Source of the DNA: Octopus bimaculoides
Taxonomy: Eukaryota
Assembly (NCBI RefSeq): GCF_001194135.2
Contig: NC_068995.1
Location: 8,300,407 to 8,353,013 of the forward strand
Length of the DNA stretch: 52,607 nucleotides
Direction of reading: 5' to 3'
Numbering within the stretch: the first letter of the stretch is position 1; each line of letters starts with the position of its first letter. Under the pieces are notes generated by a model that was not told the origin of the DNA, searched no databases, and was given only the letters and a program-made list of their open reading frames with translations. Positions 25,246 to 38,587 of this stretch are shown piece by piece. The position numbers were made by a program, and so were the translations under genes.

Positions 25246-25641
25246 TTCAAGTTTTTGTACAAAGCGAGGAATTTCATGGGAGGGACTGGTCGATTACGTC
25301 ATCCCCCAGTGCTTAACTGGTACATATTTCCTCTATCCCGAAGGGATGTTGTATGGGGCAGTGTCCACCAGAGTGGAATTTGAAGTCGATAGCACTGCTG
25401 ATAAGCATTTTATACCGATGCGATAATTCCTCAAACAGCTCGTTGCCTTAGAAATAATTATCGCCCATGAAATAATAATAATAATAATTTCAATTATCTT
25501 AAGGACAAACGTATTTCACTGGTGCTGTAGAGATTCCCGAGGGATGAAATTTAAATTTGACTTGTGTAAAATTCGAATTCAGAATGTAAGAAGCATCACC
25601 TAAGTAACACTCGCGTTGTTCGACGCACTAACGAATTCGCC
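25246..25641 (-). mobile_element. Two further decayed type A SINEs (25246-25449, 25518-25641)
   Basis: ccccagtgcttaactggtac...ggaatttgaa...cagctcgttgcctt; cccgagggatgaaa...ttcgaattcagaatgtaag...cgacgcactaacga. Confidence 0.65.
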
Positions 25642-26308
25642 TATTCTGGTAAAAATATTGACAAATATTATTATGAATCCAGTTTAATCCGTTATCTGAT
25701 TATTTACATAAAAAAAACCGAATTATTTAAGAGCATCACATGAGATGTTTTAATGAAGATAAACAAAATAATATAAAGCGCTACAGTAGCCTTGTGCGAT
25801 ATCAAGTTCTCGTTATTACATTCAATGACATAACACGTTGTCTATGAGTTATACAGTTGCCCTCTTTCACATCCACTCTGATCGTAATCCCGCCGCGCCT
25901 TCATTCAATTTTTTTACACAATTTCGTTACTGTAGTTTCACTTTCACATTCGTTAATCCACACTTCTCTCCTACGTTCAATTTTCCTTTCTTAGTGCTTT
26001 CTTTCTTTGTTTCTCTTTCATTTGTCCTTACTTTCTTTTTTCCTTCCATCCATCCTATGTTTGTTTGTGTTTATTTGTTTGTTTGCTTGTTTGTTTTTCC
26101 TTTCTTTCTCTCTTGCCTTTCATTTTTTTTTTTCCGTTTTTGCTCGCTTATTCATCTCTTTATTTCTTTCAGTTTTGAAGTTGCATTTATTTTCTTTTAG
26201 AAATACTATTCGCTTCTACTGTCAAACTTTCACTCTTTTTTCGACCACCTTCTCAACCGATATCTTTTCCTTCTTTCTTTCCTCCTTTCTTTCCATATAT
26301 CTTTTATC

Positions 26309-26360
26309 ATTTACTTCTTTCAGTCATTAGACTGCGGCCATGATGGGGTACTACTTTGAG
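26309..26360 (-). mobile_element. SINE type B 3' tail fragment
   Basis: tttcagtcattagactgcggccatgatgggg. Confidence 0.7.
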
Positions 26361-27086
26361 ACATATATTTATTTCTCTTCTATCTTTCTTTCTTTACATT
26401 CTGACATCCCAAGCTTTATTCTACTCTTTACTTTCATATTATATCTCCATTCCGTCCTGCTCACTATTGACACCACCTCCATATCATTCCCTCAACACTT
26501 TACATAATCCTTCTTCACCTCCATTCAATATCTGCTTTCAGCGTGTGTGATACACTTGCAAACCCTCCTCAAGCTATTTCTTCAAATATTATTTAGATTT
26601 TTTAAGTAAATCTATCAGACATTAGATGAGGTATTTGATTGGGTTTTTCATAAATAATATATCTGAATGTGAATAAATGTTTTTGAAATTGCCTTCTTCA
26701 CATTTCGAAAAGGTTTTCTTATTTCTGTTTATTTTATCTCAATATATTCATAAATTGTCCTCCTCCTCCTGCTTTTCTTTTCCGTCTTCATGTCTCTTTT
26801 ATCGAATTACACATACCCACATACACATTTAGAATTCTCTGGTTCTCTGCAGTTATCGTTTCACTTCTTTATACATCCATAACTATATTCGTCTATATCA
26901 GGATATATTGATATCTTGCCGATGTAGTGTCTCAGGGACATCAAAACGATATTCAAATGCATTAACAGTTGAATCATTTAAATTTTCACACTTCTTAAAG
27001 AGAAACGTATACATATACGATGACACAGACGTGTACTTGTACAGGAAGGCACACACACTCACACACATACAAACGCACACACACGA

Positions 27087-27162
<76 letters not shown>

Positions 27163-27187
27163 ATATCCACCTCTGTATCTTACAGTG

Positions 27188-27237
<50 letters not shown>

Positions 27238-27773
27238 AGGAGAAAAGTAAGCAACATTGAAAGGAAGAGAGGGAGAGAGAAAGAGAGTTACGAAGAATGA
27301 ATTACATTTACAGGTATACTTTTGATGAACGTTCTTTATGAATAGGACAAAACAGACTTCAACAAATTCACCATATCTAGTTTCGTATATTTTTTGTGGT
27401 TTCTTTGCAAATTATGTTAATTTTCCTCTCCACATCTACCAATCCCAAATGACATGTTTAGATATATGACAAATTTAAATTATGGTTAACTATGCAATAT
27501 AATACACACAAACACACACACACACACATATATATATACATGTGTGTACGTGTGTGTTTATATATGATATATTGTATCTGTGTATGAATATGCAACCTAA
27601 TGGTAACTTCCGAGAATATTCAATAAGAAGTAATGACGTAAAGATAAACACGTCCTGACTAAATAAATATTATATAAACATAATTTTCTGAACGTTGGTT
27701 TGTGTCTTTCTATTTGAAGAATCTCTCTCACACTCTTCTCTCTCCCTTCATACATATACATATATATATATAC

Positions 27774-27812
<39 letters not shown>

Positions 27813-27815
27813 TGC

Positions 27816-27893
<78 letters not shown>

Positions 27894-27981
27894 TGAGAAC
27901 CTGTGATTTTTGATGAACAAAAATATCAAATTGGCTTTCTTTTCAAGTCATGTGATTGACAATTAAATCATATACACTTTT

Positions 27982-28025
<44 letters not shown>

Positions 28026-28049
28026 TGTGTGTGTGTGTGTGTGTTAAAA

Positions 28050-28140
28050 AAGGCCTTGGGTTGAATCATTCGATTAGAAATTCTGAAGTTGGTGCCCTAC
28101 TGTGGTCGCAGTCTATTGACTGAAACAGGTAAAAGATTAA
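28050..28140 (+). mobile_element. SINE type B-related 3' tail fragment
   Basis: ggtgccctactgtggtcgcagtctattgactgaaacaggtaaaagat is the reverse complement of the type B tail motif. Confidence 0.6.
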
Positions 28141-29111
28141 GACTATACTCGCTAACTATACTTCATTTCTGCTGTTGTTGATTTTCTTAGAAGCTAGTGA
28201 TGTCTTCCCATTTGTTCTCATGTTTATTTAAATGCTATTGTTAGTAGTTTAACTGACATCGTGTAGGTTTCTCTGTTTGTTTCGCTTACAAGCCGTCTTG
28301 TTTTCTTTAAAACATTCATGTCATCTTTACAATATTAATTACTACAGTTTTCAATAGGAGAATGGAAGAGCGTATGGGGTACAATGAAAACGATTTTAAA
28401 CAATTAAAAATGAAACGAAAAGATGATATCTTCAATTTCATATCTTAGCATTAACCGTGATAGCTTGACTTGCTATTGAGATTTTCCTTAATCTTTTGTC
28501 GTGTCACATTTCAGTAACCAGAGTGAGATGAGAAAGCACAGAACTAAGCGGATGAGAGACAAATTGTCGTAAAAACGCATGACTCAAACAAGAACTGGAT
28601 GTTAGTTTAAGATGCAGATTAACTCTACAGACAATTTAATTTTAATCCGTTCTGGCGTCACGAACTCTTTATTATAACATCGATACTCCCTGCATTACTA
28701 TAGTTATATCACAATGACTTAAGTATAGTAACAGAGGATGTAAAACAGTATATTTACATACAGTATGATGATACCGGCGAACACATTCTCCAATTTCTTT
28801 CTTGTAGACTTGTTGCCTCTTATTTCTAACGTATATATCAATGAACACCGTATTTGGTTATGCAGCCATAATATACTACAAAGTATATTGAACGTTTTGT
28901 TAAAGTCAATATGTTGTTCTACTGTGTTAGCAGTGCTATTAAATAACGTGTTAAGGTCATCTCTACAGGTTTTCTATAGAAATTATTGCCAGCACAGATT
29001 TTGTTACGACATTTTGTATCTGAGACATCTGATGTGAACAACAGCGAGTTTGAAGATGAAAAATAAATAAAATATGCAGAGATAATCTTAACAAATTACA
29101 TCAACATTTGT

Positions 29112-29297
29112 TTTTAATTTGGCAGAAGGCCAACTATTTCGGCGGATGAGGTAGGTCGATTTAATCGTCATCAGTGTTTAAATGGTTTTTACTTTATCAA
29201 CCCTGAAGGGCTTAAAGGTAAAGTCGGCCTCAGGGCATAAAGACGACGAAATTCTAATCATTTTGCTCGGCGTGCTTAGGATTTTACCAGCTCGATG
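29112..29297 (-). mobile_element. SINE type A, decayed
   Basis: aaaggtaaagtcggcctc...gacgaaat...ggcgtgcttaggattttaccagctcg. Confidence 0.7.
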
Positions 29298-29457
29298 CGC
29301 TAACGTATATTTCAATATTATAATGGTTTCTGCTTCTCGGAGTGGCTTCTCACGTGCCACTTTGAATCAGGCATTTCCTATTCGCTAGTCACCCTTCCTT
29401 TAATTACCCATATCGCCTTTATCACATAAACAGGCACCTCAAAAAGCATTCAGCCAA

Positions 29458-29516
29458 ATGGGAGTCTTTCCCTACACATGGGAGTCTTTCCCTACCCAAG
29501 TTTTTGCTTTCCCTAC
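29458..29516. repeat. 20-bp tandem duplication (atgggagtctttccctacac) x2 plus a partial third copy
   Basis: 29458-29475 and 29478-29495 are identical over 18 bp; ctttccctac recurs at ~29507-29516. Confidence 0.9.
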
Positions 29517-29637
29517 AACTCATGATAATTATCTGAGCAAGATAAACATCGATTGAGACCATCTTACGTAAAAGGAAAACCACTGAAAGTCATAAGTGCA
29601 GCTCTTACTTTGGCAAAAAAATTAACATTTCACTATT

Positions 29638-29853
29638 CCTTTCTACTGTAGGCACAAGGCCCGAAATTTTGGCGGAGGAACCAGTCGATTAGATCGATCC
29701 CAAGTATACAACTGGTACATAATTTATCGACCACGAGAGGATGAAAGGCAAAGTCGACTTCGGCGGAATTTGAAATCAAAACGTAACGACAGACGAAATG
29801 CCGCTAAGCATTTAACCCGGCGTGCTAACGGTTCTGCCAGCTCGCGCCACCTT
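29638..29853 (-). mobile_element. SINE type A, full length, with perfect 17-bp TSD
   Basis: Tail ttctactgtaggcacaagg to head gccagctcgcgccacctt; attaacatttcactatt occurs at both 29621-29637 and 29854-29870. Confidence 0.93.
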
Positions 29854-30091
29854 ATTAACATTTCACTATTTAGGATGCGATCTCGTTCAGAAAATTTACG
29901 ATAGATTTTTTGGTGCCCAGATGGTTAGGGAAACGGCAAATGTGTAGCAGGAAAATCTCGATGAAAACCACAACATCCCAACATAAAGAATGATGAATGA
30001 GACAAGATGTAATGTATGCTCGAGATGGAGTTTTGGTGAATGAAAATATAGCAACACCAGAATAATATCTGTTGGAAAATACATACATACA

Positions 30092-30122
<31 letters not shown>

Positions 30123-30609
30123 GCTACTGCTTCTGCCCCTGCTGCTGTTGCGCCTTTTATCTCTTAGTCTCAGATACTACATACCTGAAAGGAACGCAGG
30201 GATGCTTTTTTTTTTGTCAGTAGTGCAACGACAAACGTCGGTTTTTGTTCCCAGTTGAATCTAAGTGTGAACAACATTTACACTCATAAAACCGTTGCTG
30301 TCACCAGAGCCAGCACCGCAGAAAGCACCCCCCTCCATACACACCATCACCACCAGCAACAACAACAAGTACAGCATCTATTTAACCAAAGGCAACGCTG
30401 TTAAGGTTAAACAGACGTTGGTGTACGTAATCAAGATTCAATTTACATAATTTATGCACTTGGTTGAATATGGATGCGAGGCTGTCACTGGTGGAATTCT
30501 TTGTCTTAAAGACATGATCCATATTTCAAAGAAAATGCGAAATATATTGGAAGATTTGACAGATAGCGCAATTTTAATTTTGCCAAAATTTCTTCAATCA
30601 TGTAGTAAT

Positions 30610-30622
30610 TAATAATAATGTC

Positions 30623-30669
<47 letters not shown>

Positions 30670-30752
30670 TGATGATGATGATGCGGAAGAGGATGATGAT
30701 GATGATGGTGATGAATATAATAAAAATGCGAATAATAATAATAATCATAATC

Positions 30753-30796
<44 letters not shown>
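30610..30796. repeat. Compound (AAT)n-(GAT)n-(AAT)n repeat
   Basis: Read directly from the sequence; it produces the spurious poly-I/M ORFs. Confidence 0.95.
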
Positions 30797-31469
30797 TCTC
30801 GTAACTGTGGTGATGATGTGGTATTTCTATTTGTTTCTGTTTTTTTTTTGTTTCAAGGTGTTCTTATTTAAAAATAGTTTTTGAAAACAAAGTTGTCAAG
30901 GAATCTTGTTTGATTAAATCTCTCAACAACTAAATCTTCCTCCCCACAAAGTGACAAGCTTGAAAGGTCTAATTAATATTTGCTTTACTAATTAGTCTGT
31001 AATTAATCCGAGAACACCACACCCACCGATTCTCCATCTTCCTACTTTACCCAAAGTACTGTAATCTCTTTTCAGAGATGGATCTTTTGAAACTAATGAT
31101 GTAACAAACACAGCGATCTGTCTTTTACACTTAAGTGCCTTAAAATAAAATCAAAAACACACATACAAAAGGAATGGGAAAGTAAAGTATTCTGTCATTC
31201 TATTTGTTCGTTTGTTTATTCTAATATTCTCAAGGATATTTCGCTCGTGTTGCTTTCTTTCTTTATGTCTTTCTTTTTCTATTTACATTAATTATAATTC
31301 ATGTTTGCTCGATCCTGCACTTACCTTTATTCATCCACCGTGCTCATATAACTGAGTTTCTTTCGTTCATTCTCACCATCATTCATTTATTTCTTCGCCA
31401 ATTCTTTCCCGCTTTTTGGACACTCTGCTTCTATTTATACATACGCATGTTTCTCTCTCTCTCTTCATG

Positions 31470-31667
31470 TATGCGTGTATAAGGGATGACCACTAAGTGG
31501 ACATCCAATATATTAGAAAGAGGTCATCAACGACCCAACCACAAAAAAAAAATGTTCTCCAGATAATGTTCTCATATATATATTATTTTTCTTTGTGGTT
31601 GGGTCGTTGATGACCTCTTTCTAGCATATTGAATGTCCACCTAGTGGTCATTACTTATACACGTGTA
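31470..31667. mobile_element. Palindromic MITE / foldback element (76-bp arms, 46-nt spacer)
   Basis: 31470-31545 versus reverse complement of 31592-31667: 68/76 identical, inner 32 bp perfect; both ends begin and finish with TA, compatible with a Tc1/mariner-type TA target. Confidence 0.75.
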
Positions 31668-31774
31668 ATACAATTTTTTCTGAATTTTCAGATTTTTTTA
31701 TATGTAGGTCACTTGGTTTTAAATTGAATTAATATTCAATTTATCACCCTAATTATATAAATAATATTCTTTCA

Positions 31775-31869
31775 TTCTTGTATTTGCTTTAGTCATATGA
31801 CTGCGGCCATGCTGGAGCGTCGCCTTTAGTCGAACAAATCGACCCCTAGACTTATTCTTTGTAAGCCTG
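31775..31869 (-). mobile_element. SINE type B 3' fragment abutting a type A copy
   Basis: gtcatatgactgcggccatgctggagcgtcgcctttagtcgaacaaatcgacccctagacttattctttgtaagcct. Confidence 0.85.
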
Positions 31870-31871
31870 AT

Positions 31872-32082
31872 TTGCGATTTTGGCACAAGGCCAAAACTTT
31901 CGGAGGAGCTGTAAGTCAATTACATTTACCCTATCCTCAACTGGTTTTCGTTTCATCGATTCCTAAAAGAATGAAAGGCATATTCGATCTCGGCGAAATT
32001 TGAACTCAAAACGTCAAGATAGACGAACGCCGCTAAGTATTTTAGCCAGCGCGCTAACGATTCTGGCATATCATCGCCTTTA
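31872..32082 (-). mobile_element. SINE type A, full length, decayed
   Basis: ttttggcacaaggcc...tcggcgaaatttgaactcaaaacg...gcgcgctaacgattctggc...gccttta. Confidence 0.85.
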
Positions 32083-32878
32083 ATATGCTACTGTTATTTT
32101 ACGGCATAGAATAAACCGATATATTATGGCAGTTGGGTTTCTTTACCACCAAACCAACAAGCCTGTCATGAAAGGCTCTGTAGCCATTGTCACCACTAGG
32201 TTCTGTGCCTTGTGAACAATATATACTTGCACCTCAAGGAGATTTGAATCAGATATTACCAAACCACAAATGTCCGCTCGACACGTTCAAACTCCGTCTT
32301 CTTTTCATTACCCATTCCGTATTTAGCATACTTTAATTCATCCTTCCTGTTTGTAAGTGTGCATTGTGATTTTTGTGTCTATTTCTAGCAGTTCTCCTTG
32401 TAAAAACTCAATAGATTCTTTCTTATATTCAATAATATTGAACAAAAGGGGGAAATATATGACGTAAGGAAATCGTGGTTTGGTAAAGAAGGGGAACACA
32501 TTTGCAATGTTAATTCTACTCGGCGTTTTTTATTGTTTAGACAAGGCGTAAAATTTGAGAGATTAGGGAATTGAGAATTGGTAATATTTTTGGTCTTCCA
32601 TTAGAAATTTTGGCGGTGCAAGACAAGGGAATTTGGTTTGAGATGGAATAGAAACTAATCCAGGATCCAATCAATAAATCTCTTGGAAAATATATTCATT
32701 GGAAGATACCCACAGCCTCTTATCATGACATCCCCGTTGAGAATGCTGTGTTTACATAAACAATGGCAGATTCAGTGGAGAAAATATATTCGAATATAGT
32801 TTGTGTGTTTGTGTGCTTTTTCCGAAATATGATCATTGAAGAAGTTTTCTTCCACACACGTACGTATCCAAGCTTTCA

Positions 32879-32983
<105 letters not shown>

Positions 32984-34229
32984 AGGCGCCCGCACGCATA
33001 CACAATCTCACATATACATGCATACGTGTGTGGAAATGTAGCAATACGTGTAAATTATATCAGTTATTGCATATTAATTTGTGTTTTATATCTATTATAT
33101 AAAGCATGCTCATGTTATACATATGAGTATAATGAAACACACACACATATATATATGTATATATATACACACACACATATATATATATATATGTATTATA
33201 TATATACATATATATTATATATATATATAAATATATATATACACATACATATATACACACATACTAGGTATATATATTAGATGGATATTATACATGCATA
33301 TATTATTATATATATAAAACAAATATATATTATATATGTATAATATATACATTATATATATATAGTATGTATATCTATACATATACATATATATCTATTT
33401 GGAAAAGGATGCGCGGCGTTCAATCATATAATAATAATAATAATAATNNNNNNNNNNNNNNNNNNNNNNNNNNNNNNNNNNNNNNNNNNNNNNNNNNNNN
33501 NNNNNNNNNNNNNNNNNNNNNNNNNNNNNNNNNNNNNNNNNNNNNNNNNNNNNNNNNNNNNNNNNNNNNNNNNNNNNNNNNNNNNNNNNNNNNNNNNNNN
33601 NNNNNNNNNNNNNNNNNNNNNNNTATTATATATATACATACATATATGATGCATGTTTCAGCTTGGCCGCAACTATATTACATTACGCATATTTAAAAAT
33701 ATTAAGATATTCAATATAAGCCGAATGGGGAGATAACTCATCTGAATTCCTTCTATCAATAAATAACATCTTTACGATTTTATCATTCTGTGTTCATTAT
33801 GGAATAATAGAAATCACGTTTCATTTCCCTCACTTTTACGATCTCTTCTCAATCTTGGTTGTTTGGCGTTGGAATTCAAAGCTCACATTTTATGAATAAA
33901 TAAATTATTCTTCTTCATGCCGGTATAATTTTTCTTGTGGTTGTTGCTTTTCTGTTACCTTTCGCAGCACTATCTATACAACCTGAGATGGGCTTACCCT
34001 GCTGCCTTCTTGTAAGTGAGATTTGAACTCAGAATATAGGGAGCCGTAAAACATTCTGCCGACCACCCAAAATTGTTTCTCATTCCTCGAACCACGAAGT
34101 AATATAAAATGAAGTGATTCAATGACCAATACAACGAACAAACTTACCCGGCAGCCCCTTACGCGTAAAGCTACTCGCCTTCCCAGTACATATGCATACA
34201 CATACATTCATATCTGCATACATTAAAGC

Positions 34230-34505
34230 TGGCACTCCAACGCTTAATACAATGAGGGTTCCAGTTGATCCGTTCAATGGATCAGCTTGCACGTGATAAT
34301 AATGTGCAAGTTGCTGAGTACTCCGCAGAGACACGCATATTCCTCTATATACTTCTCTGGGAGATTCAGCATGACACAGAGTTTGATAAGGCTGTCTCCT
34401 TTTCAATAATAGCTACATCTCATTTTTGCCAGCTGGAGCAACGTCGAATAAACTATCTTGCTTAAGGACATAACGCGCTGCGAATACCCTAGCCATTAAG
34501 CCACT
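34230..34505 (-). mobile_element. SINE type D with an internal deletion in the tRNA head
   Basis: ggcactcc...gagggttccagttgatccg...gattcagcatgacacagag...ccagctggagcaacg...ccctagccattaagccac. Confidence 0.85.
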
Positions 34506-34543
34506 TACACACAGACACAGACACACACATACATATATATCCG

Positions 34544-34552
<9 letters not shown>

Positions 34553-34638
<86 letters not shown>
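34553..34638. repeat. (AT)43 perfect microsatellite
   Basis: Counted directly. Confidence 0.97.
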
Positions 34639-34641
<3 letters not shown>

Positions 34642-34664
34642 TACGCACATATCTATCTATCTTA

Positions 34665-34894
34665 TTTCTTTATTGCACACAAGGGGCTAAGCATAGTGGG
34701 GACAAACAAGGACAGACAACGGGATTAAGTCGATCACATCGACCCCAGTGCGTAACTGGTACTTAATTTATCGACCCCGAAAGGATGAAAAGCAAAGTCG
34801 ACCTCGGCGGAATTTGAACTCAGAACGTAACGGCAGACGAAATAACGCTAAGCATTTCGCCCGGCGTGCTAACGTTTCTGCCAGCACGCCACCT
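34665..34894 (-). mobile_element. SINE type A, young-looking copy with an alternative 3' tail
   Basis: Clean head and body (gaatttgaactcagaacgtaacggcagacgaaat..gctaagcatttcgcccggcgtgctaacgtttctgccagc), but the tail is cacaaggggctaagcatagtggggacaaacaaggacagac rather than the ggcacaaggcc-type tail of other copies. Confidence 0.92.
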
Positions 34895-35144
34895 TATCTA
34901 TCTATGTATCTATATATACACACATACATATTTACATGAGGCATTTATGTTGTACATTTGACGCTTTCCTTTGATAACTATTATTTCTATTAGGCCAAAG
35001 AGAATTATTTTTCTCGTTCCACGTACTCAGCACAATCGTAATTTTTTTCTTATTCGCGCCAACATTAGCTTTCCGATGACCATTTATCTGTCAATCCATC
35101 TATCTTTTCCCATTCGTCCGCTCACACACGCTAACAAACAAACA

Positions 35145-35209
<65 letters not shown>

Positions 35210-35489
35210 AAAGCGTGTCTACATATCTCTGTGTTTGCCTATCAATTTACCTATCTATCTATGTATATATATACGTACCGAAATATCTGTCTGTCGTGAC
35301 CCTTATTACTGTTGTCTCAGAGGAACCAATATAGACACAAGAGAGTGATATGTATGACATCAATAAATTTTTATTTCCAGAATTGTTATTGTGGACAACT
35401 TCTAAAATCGATATCGTGGTGTTACACTAAACACTTTACTCTCATATTTCTCTCCTAACACTCGCAATTTACCGCCATTTCTCACACGA

Positions 35490-35550
<61 letters not shown>

Positions 35551-35607
35551 TATATGTTTGTATATATGTGTGTGCACATGATTTATATGTATGTATACAT
35601 GTGTGAG

Positions 35608-35638
<31 letters not shown>

Positions 35639-35695
35639 ACATATATATGCAAATATATATCTACAGAGTTTTCCACCACTAAACTATGTATATAT

Positions 35696-35697
<2 letters not shown>

Positions 35698-35779
<82 letters not shown>
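35698..35779. repeat. (GT)41 perfect microsatellite
   Basis: Counted directly. Confidence 0.97.
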
Positions 35780-35780
<1 letters not shown>

Positions 35781-36254
35781 CGTACAAAGTAGATTCTCTC
35801 TTCAGCCGATCGCCCTTCTGAAGAACGTCGCAATATCTCACTCAAAGCTAACCGTTTAACTTTTAAGTACAGCATAATTTAGAAAATCCAGTTTTTTCAT
35901 TACACTTAAAAAACAGAAAAACACTCTACAAAGACCCTTCTCCCAATAATTTGGTTATGTTTGGACTGATCTGATGCTGAACAAGTAACGACCATTACAG
36001 TAACAACACTACCAGGAACCACAACTCACTCATATCCATGAAGATATAAACTCCGTCACTAACGCGAAAACTATCTTTCAATTTTGTTTTCATTATCTCT
36101 CTCGTTGATCCTATCACAATCATAAGTATTTTCTGATATCTCTATGTATATTTAATAATGTGTCGATATCTGAAGCCCTAGAATGCCAACTACAAAATTT
36201 TGCCTTTAATTCTCTGTTATCGTTTTTTTCCCAAAGAACCATACGTAATGTAGG

Positions 36255-36285
<31 letters not shown>

Positions 36286-37870
36286 ATCTATCTATCTATC
36301 TCTCAATACATACATAAACTAAATATATATACATATTTATATGTATACACACACACGCACACACATGTGTGTACACCTCAAAAAATGTGTAATTGTTTAC
36401 ATCTTATCTGTGCCCATGCAAGGACACGCATACATATACACGCACATATATATGTATATATAGGTACATATAGACAAATATTTAAACGCATGCATACACA
36501 CACACGCGCGCACACATACACACACATGCGCACACACACATACATAGGTTACCGGATATAAAGAGACGAACAGATCGTTATGTAGATAGATAGATAGATA
36601 GATATATAGCAAAACAGAGAGATAGGCAAGCACAAAAACACACAGATTCATGCATACATAAATATCAATTTCTCCTAGATTATTTGAGACTCTTTACCTC
36701 TCTCTCACAAAGGTTCTCTCTCTCTCTGTTTTTCTCCCCTCCGTCTCTTTCACTCTCTCACACTCAACAATTCCCCGCTATATTATTCTCTCTTTAAATA
36801 CATATTCCCTTCGTTGCTGACCACCAATAATTTCATCTATGCTCCCTCCATACTCAACTCTCCCCTATTCAAATTATTATTAATGTATCTGTTGCGTGTT
36901 TCAATTCATATTCCCATATGTGTCTAGACGTTTAGTAATCATGTTTTCGTTAATTTCATTTCTTTTGTCTTTGCTGCGAATCGTATTGTCCATTGTTATA
37001 ATTTTTTCTCCTCGTGTGTCTTTTTTTATTATATATTTTTTTTCATTTTGCTTGTCTTTTTTTTTTCTTGTATATATACGAGCGTATGGTCTTGATTAAC
37101 TATGGTTGGATATGCGTGCGCTGGTATAAATTCGAAGGTATGCAACTTTGTATGTATACATTTTCGTGTGTCTTTGTGCGTGGGTACGTGTGTATGTGTG
37201 TGTGTATATATATATCTATACACAAACACAGATACGTACGCAACTGTATATACACATATGTACACAGGTATACATATATATATATATATATATATANNNN
37301 NNNNNNNNNNNNNNNNNNNNNNNNNNNNNNNNNNNNNNNNNNNNNNNNNNNNNNNNNNNNNNNNNNNNNNNNNNNNNNNNNNNNNNNNNNNNNNNNNNNN
37401 NNNNNNNNNNNNNNNNNNNNNNNNNNNNNNNNNNNNNNNNNNNNNNNNNNNNNNNNNNNNNNNNNNNNNNNNNNNNNNNNNNNNNNNNNNNNNNNNNNNN
37501 NNNNNNNNNNNNNNNNNNNNNNNNNNNNNNNNNNNNNNNNNNNNNNNNNNNNNNNNNNNNNNNNNNNNNNNNNNNNNNNNNNNNNNNNNNNNNNNNNNNN
37601 NNNNNNNNNNNNNNNNNNNNNNNNNNNNNNNNNNNNNNNNNNNNNNNNNNNNNNNNNNNNNNNNNNNNNNNNNNNNNNNNNNNNNNNNNNNNNNNNNNNN
37701 NNNNNNNNNNNNNNNNNNNNNNNNNNNNNNNNNNNNNNNNNNNNNNNNNNNNNNNNNNNNNNNNNNNNNNNNNNNNNNNNNNNNNNNNNNNNNNNNNNNN
37801 NNNNNNNNNNNNNNNNNNNNNNNNNNNNNNNNNNNNNNNNNNNNNNNNNNNNNNNNNNNNNNNNNNNNNN

Positions 37871-37910
<40 letters not shown>

Positions 37911-38526
37911 AAGAGAGAGTGACTAAGAGAGAGTGTGAGGAGGCACAAGACAGAAAATACAGGCGAAACTAGCAGTTAATTGATATATGTTTTCTTTATC
38001 TAATCATTATAATTTTAGCAACAATATACTTACATGCAATACAAGAAACGTACCTATGTGTAAGTATATATTAACGCATACATTACATTGCGCTTGTGTC
38101 TGGCTGTAAGGACGTATAAAACATCTATATCTATCTTATATATGCATATATATGTTGTTCTTGGCTACACACACATATCTACAGATGTGTATGTGTGTAT
38201 ATATAAATATAACTATATATATGAATATATATGTATGTATACGAACCAAATTATTGATTCATATGTGTGAGTACGTATATGTGTTCGTTGAAGTACTTCC
38301 TAGTGATTAATTTGTGTCTTTAAAATAATTTGTTTGAAAAACATATGTTATGATAATCAATCGTTTCGATTCGGCCGCCATGTATTTATTATCACTAGAC
38401 TCGTATTATGACTCTCACAGAAGTTGCAACTCGGAGTTAGATATTTTATCGATTTATCAGTGCATGATAGAAGTAGGACAGCTCGATTATTATTTTCGCG
38501 TGTGTTTATATATATANNNNNNNNNN

Positions 38527-38587
<61 letters not shown>

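Noticed and set aside
29460-29492. gggagtctttccc as tandem NF-kB sites
   Set aside because: The spacing does not fit GGGRNNYYCC (2-3 bases too long)
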